This document shows positions 62,586-64,000 of a stretch of 64,000 nt of DNA, piece by piece. Source of the DNA: Squalus acanthias (taxonomy: Eukaryota); NCBI GenBank assembly GCA_030390025.1, contig CM059433.1, positions 16,184,001-16,248,000 of the forward strand, written 5' to 3'. Position numbers and translations under genes: made by a program. The first letter of the stretch is position 1. Each line of letters begins with the position of its first letter. The notes below the pieces were generated by a model. That model ran no database searches. It saw only the letters and a list, made by a program, of their open reading frames with translations, and was not told where the DNA came from.

Positions 62586-64000
62586 GTAGGTTGCTTTTTT
62601 TTAAAAAAAAAAAAATGTTTTACATAAATATTGCATCCACAACAGGTAGAGATGTAGGTGTTTTTTCTGTTAAAATGAAATCAAATTGTTTAATAAACCT
62701 TGCTCTTTGTCTTCCCCCCTCAAAAAAAAATGCTGATGCAGTATGATTAAACTTAATCTTACATTGTAACTAATTAAAAAATGATCCGGTTATAACTGAT
62801 GTCCAAATTTCATGCTTCTGATTCTAGAGCTACAAAAGATGATCCAAGCCTCAATTTCTGTAATCTCTATACCCCAATCGGTATCTTACTGAGTGTCCAA
62901 TTTAGTATCACTAATTTGTAAAAGAGTGATTTCAGTTTTAAGCTCTCTCTCTCTCTCTCTCTCTCTGCAGAAGCAAGTGGGTGCATGTTAGGTTGCTGTT
63001 TATTTGAGCACTGCCTTGTTACTTCAGTAATTGAAATGTGTCAGATTTTAAACTAACTTTAGAGTGTAGGACCCTCATGAAACACGTTTCCTGCAACAAC
63101 AAAAAATGGTACACTTGAAGCTCTATATGTCACATTCACTTATCTGAGATCCTGATTTTACCATAAATAATACTTTAAAGTGTATATCAGATTTTGCTCT
63201 CGTCATCCTTTGAATTTCTTTTAGAAATGGGCCTGCAATGAACAGCAGAACGCTGTACTGTGAACTTGTAAACATTCTAGTAATTGAAAACTGACTTCTC
63301 ACCTTAATAGCTTAATGTTTTCATTTGGCTTTCACCAAACTTGGTAAAGGAACTTATCTTCATTCTTGTTTCCTTTTGTTATTAGGTGACCTGGAAACTG
63401 TTCCTGGCTCTGTTTATACATTCATAAATACAGACTTGTCACCCCTATAAGATAAAGAGCATTCAGTTTTAATCAAGCTTCAGACACTGAATTTGTTTAA
63501 ATGAATAAGCATTGGAGAAGCATTTATCCTTATATGATTGACAGCTTAACCCTATAAACAAGCCCAATTTGCACGGTTTTAAAAACTCCAAAGCATTTAT
63601 AACTAGTGTACAGTTCTCATTTTAAAACTAACACCAGTATCTTCACAAAATGAGCTGTAAAACATGTTTTCTGTTGGCACCCGTGACTCTGCTGGTTTAT
63701 ACGCTTTTTTATGTTTTTCTGTACTTAGGATATTTTGAAGGATTTCCATGTTTTTTATCCACAGTTTTTTTTGGGGGGGGCGGGGGGGAGGTTCCTAATG
63801 ACCTTTTCTCATTTTCAGCCCTTCCCTGATGCTATACATACTTCTGTTGAATGGTTTGTGCTTTTGAAAACATAAATAGAATCTTATCCATGTGATTTCC
63901 CCTAATAATGGATTTTACATTGTACAATAATACTGAAAATTAGATATTAAAGATTTGTTATAATTTTGGCTTTTCATAGAATCAGTTTTCTTTTCTAATG

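Noticed and set aside
63361..63420. Acceptor-like ttgttattag|GTGACC as SH3YL1 exon 5
   Set aside because: Translation does not give the expected VSDLVIILN-type continuation; exon 5 probably lies beyond the window.

Overview
Eukaryotic, repeat-dense vertebrate DNA. The LINE, SINE and Penelope repertoire looks like a cartilaginous fish; that is inference, not a database match. Two host genes lie head-to-head. ACP1 (low-molecular-weight phosphotyrosine phosphatase) is on the minus strand, with coding exon 1 at 2346-2385 and the start of exon 2 at 1-18. SH3YL1 is on the plus strand, with coding exons at 46963-47070, 61255-61368 and 62521-62585. Its probable first exon ends at 2727 and contributes only the A of a start codon split by a ~44-kb intron. 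The introns hold many CR1/L2 LINE pieces (one near full length), SINEs, pogo/Tigger-like MITEs and a hAT end. They also hold a PIF/Harbinger series: a complete 4.2-kb two-gene element, an older decayed element, an internally deleted derivative and several MITEs. The least explained features are (1) a CpG-rich island at ~35.6-37.7 kb with a 33-bp minisatellite and an NF-kB/STAT/IRF-like motif cluster, (2) two minimal hammerhead-ribozyme motifs in Penelope-type repeats, (3) a diverged local triplication at 11.6-15.6 kb, and (4) a shared AACAC-NWN target flank for Harbinger insertions with different TSDs. I found no prokaryotic system, CRISPR array, rRNA or tRNA. LINE and SINE boundaries are approximate.
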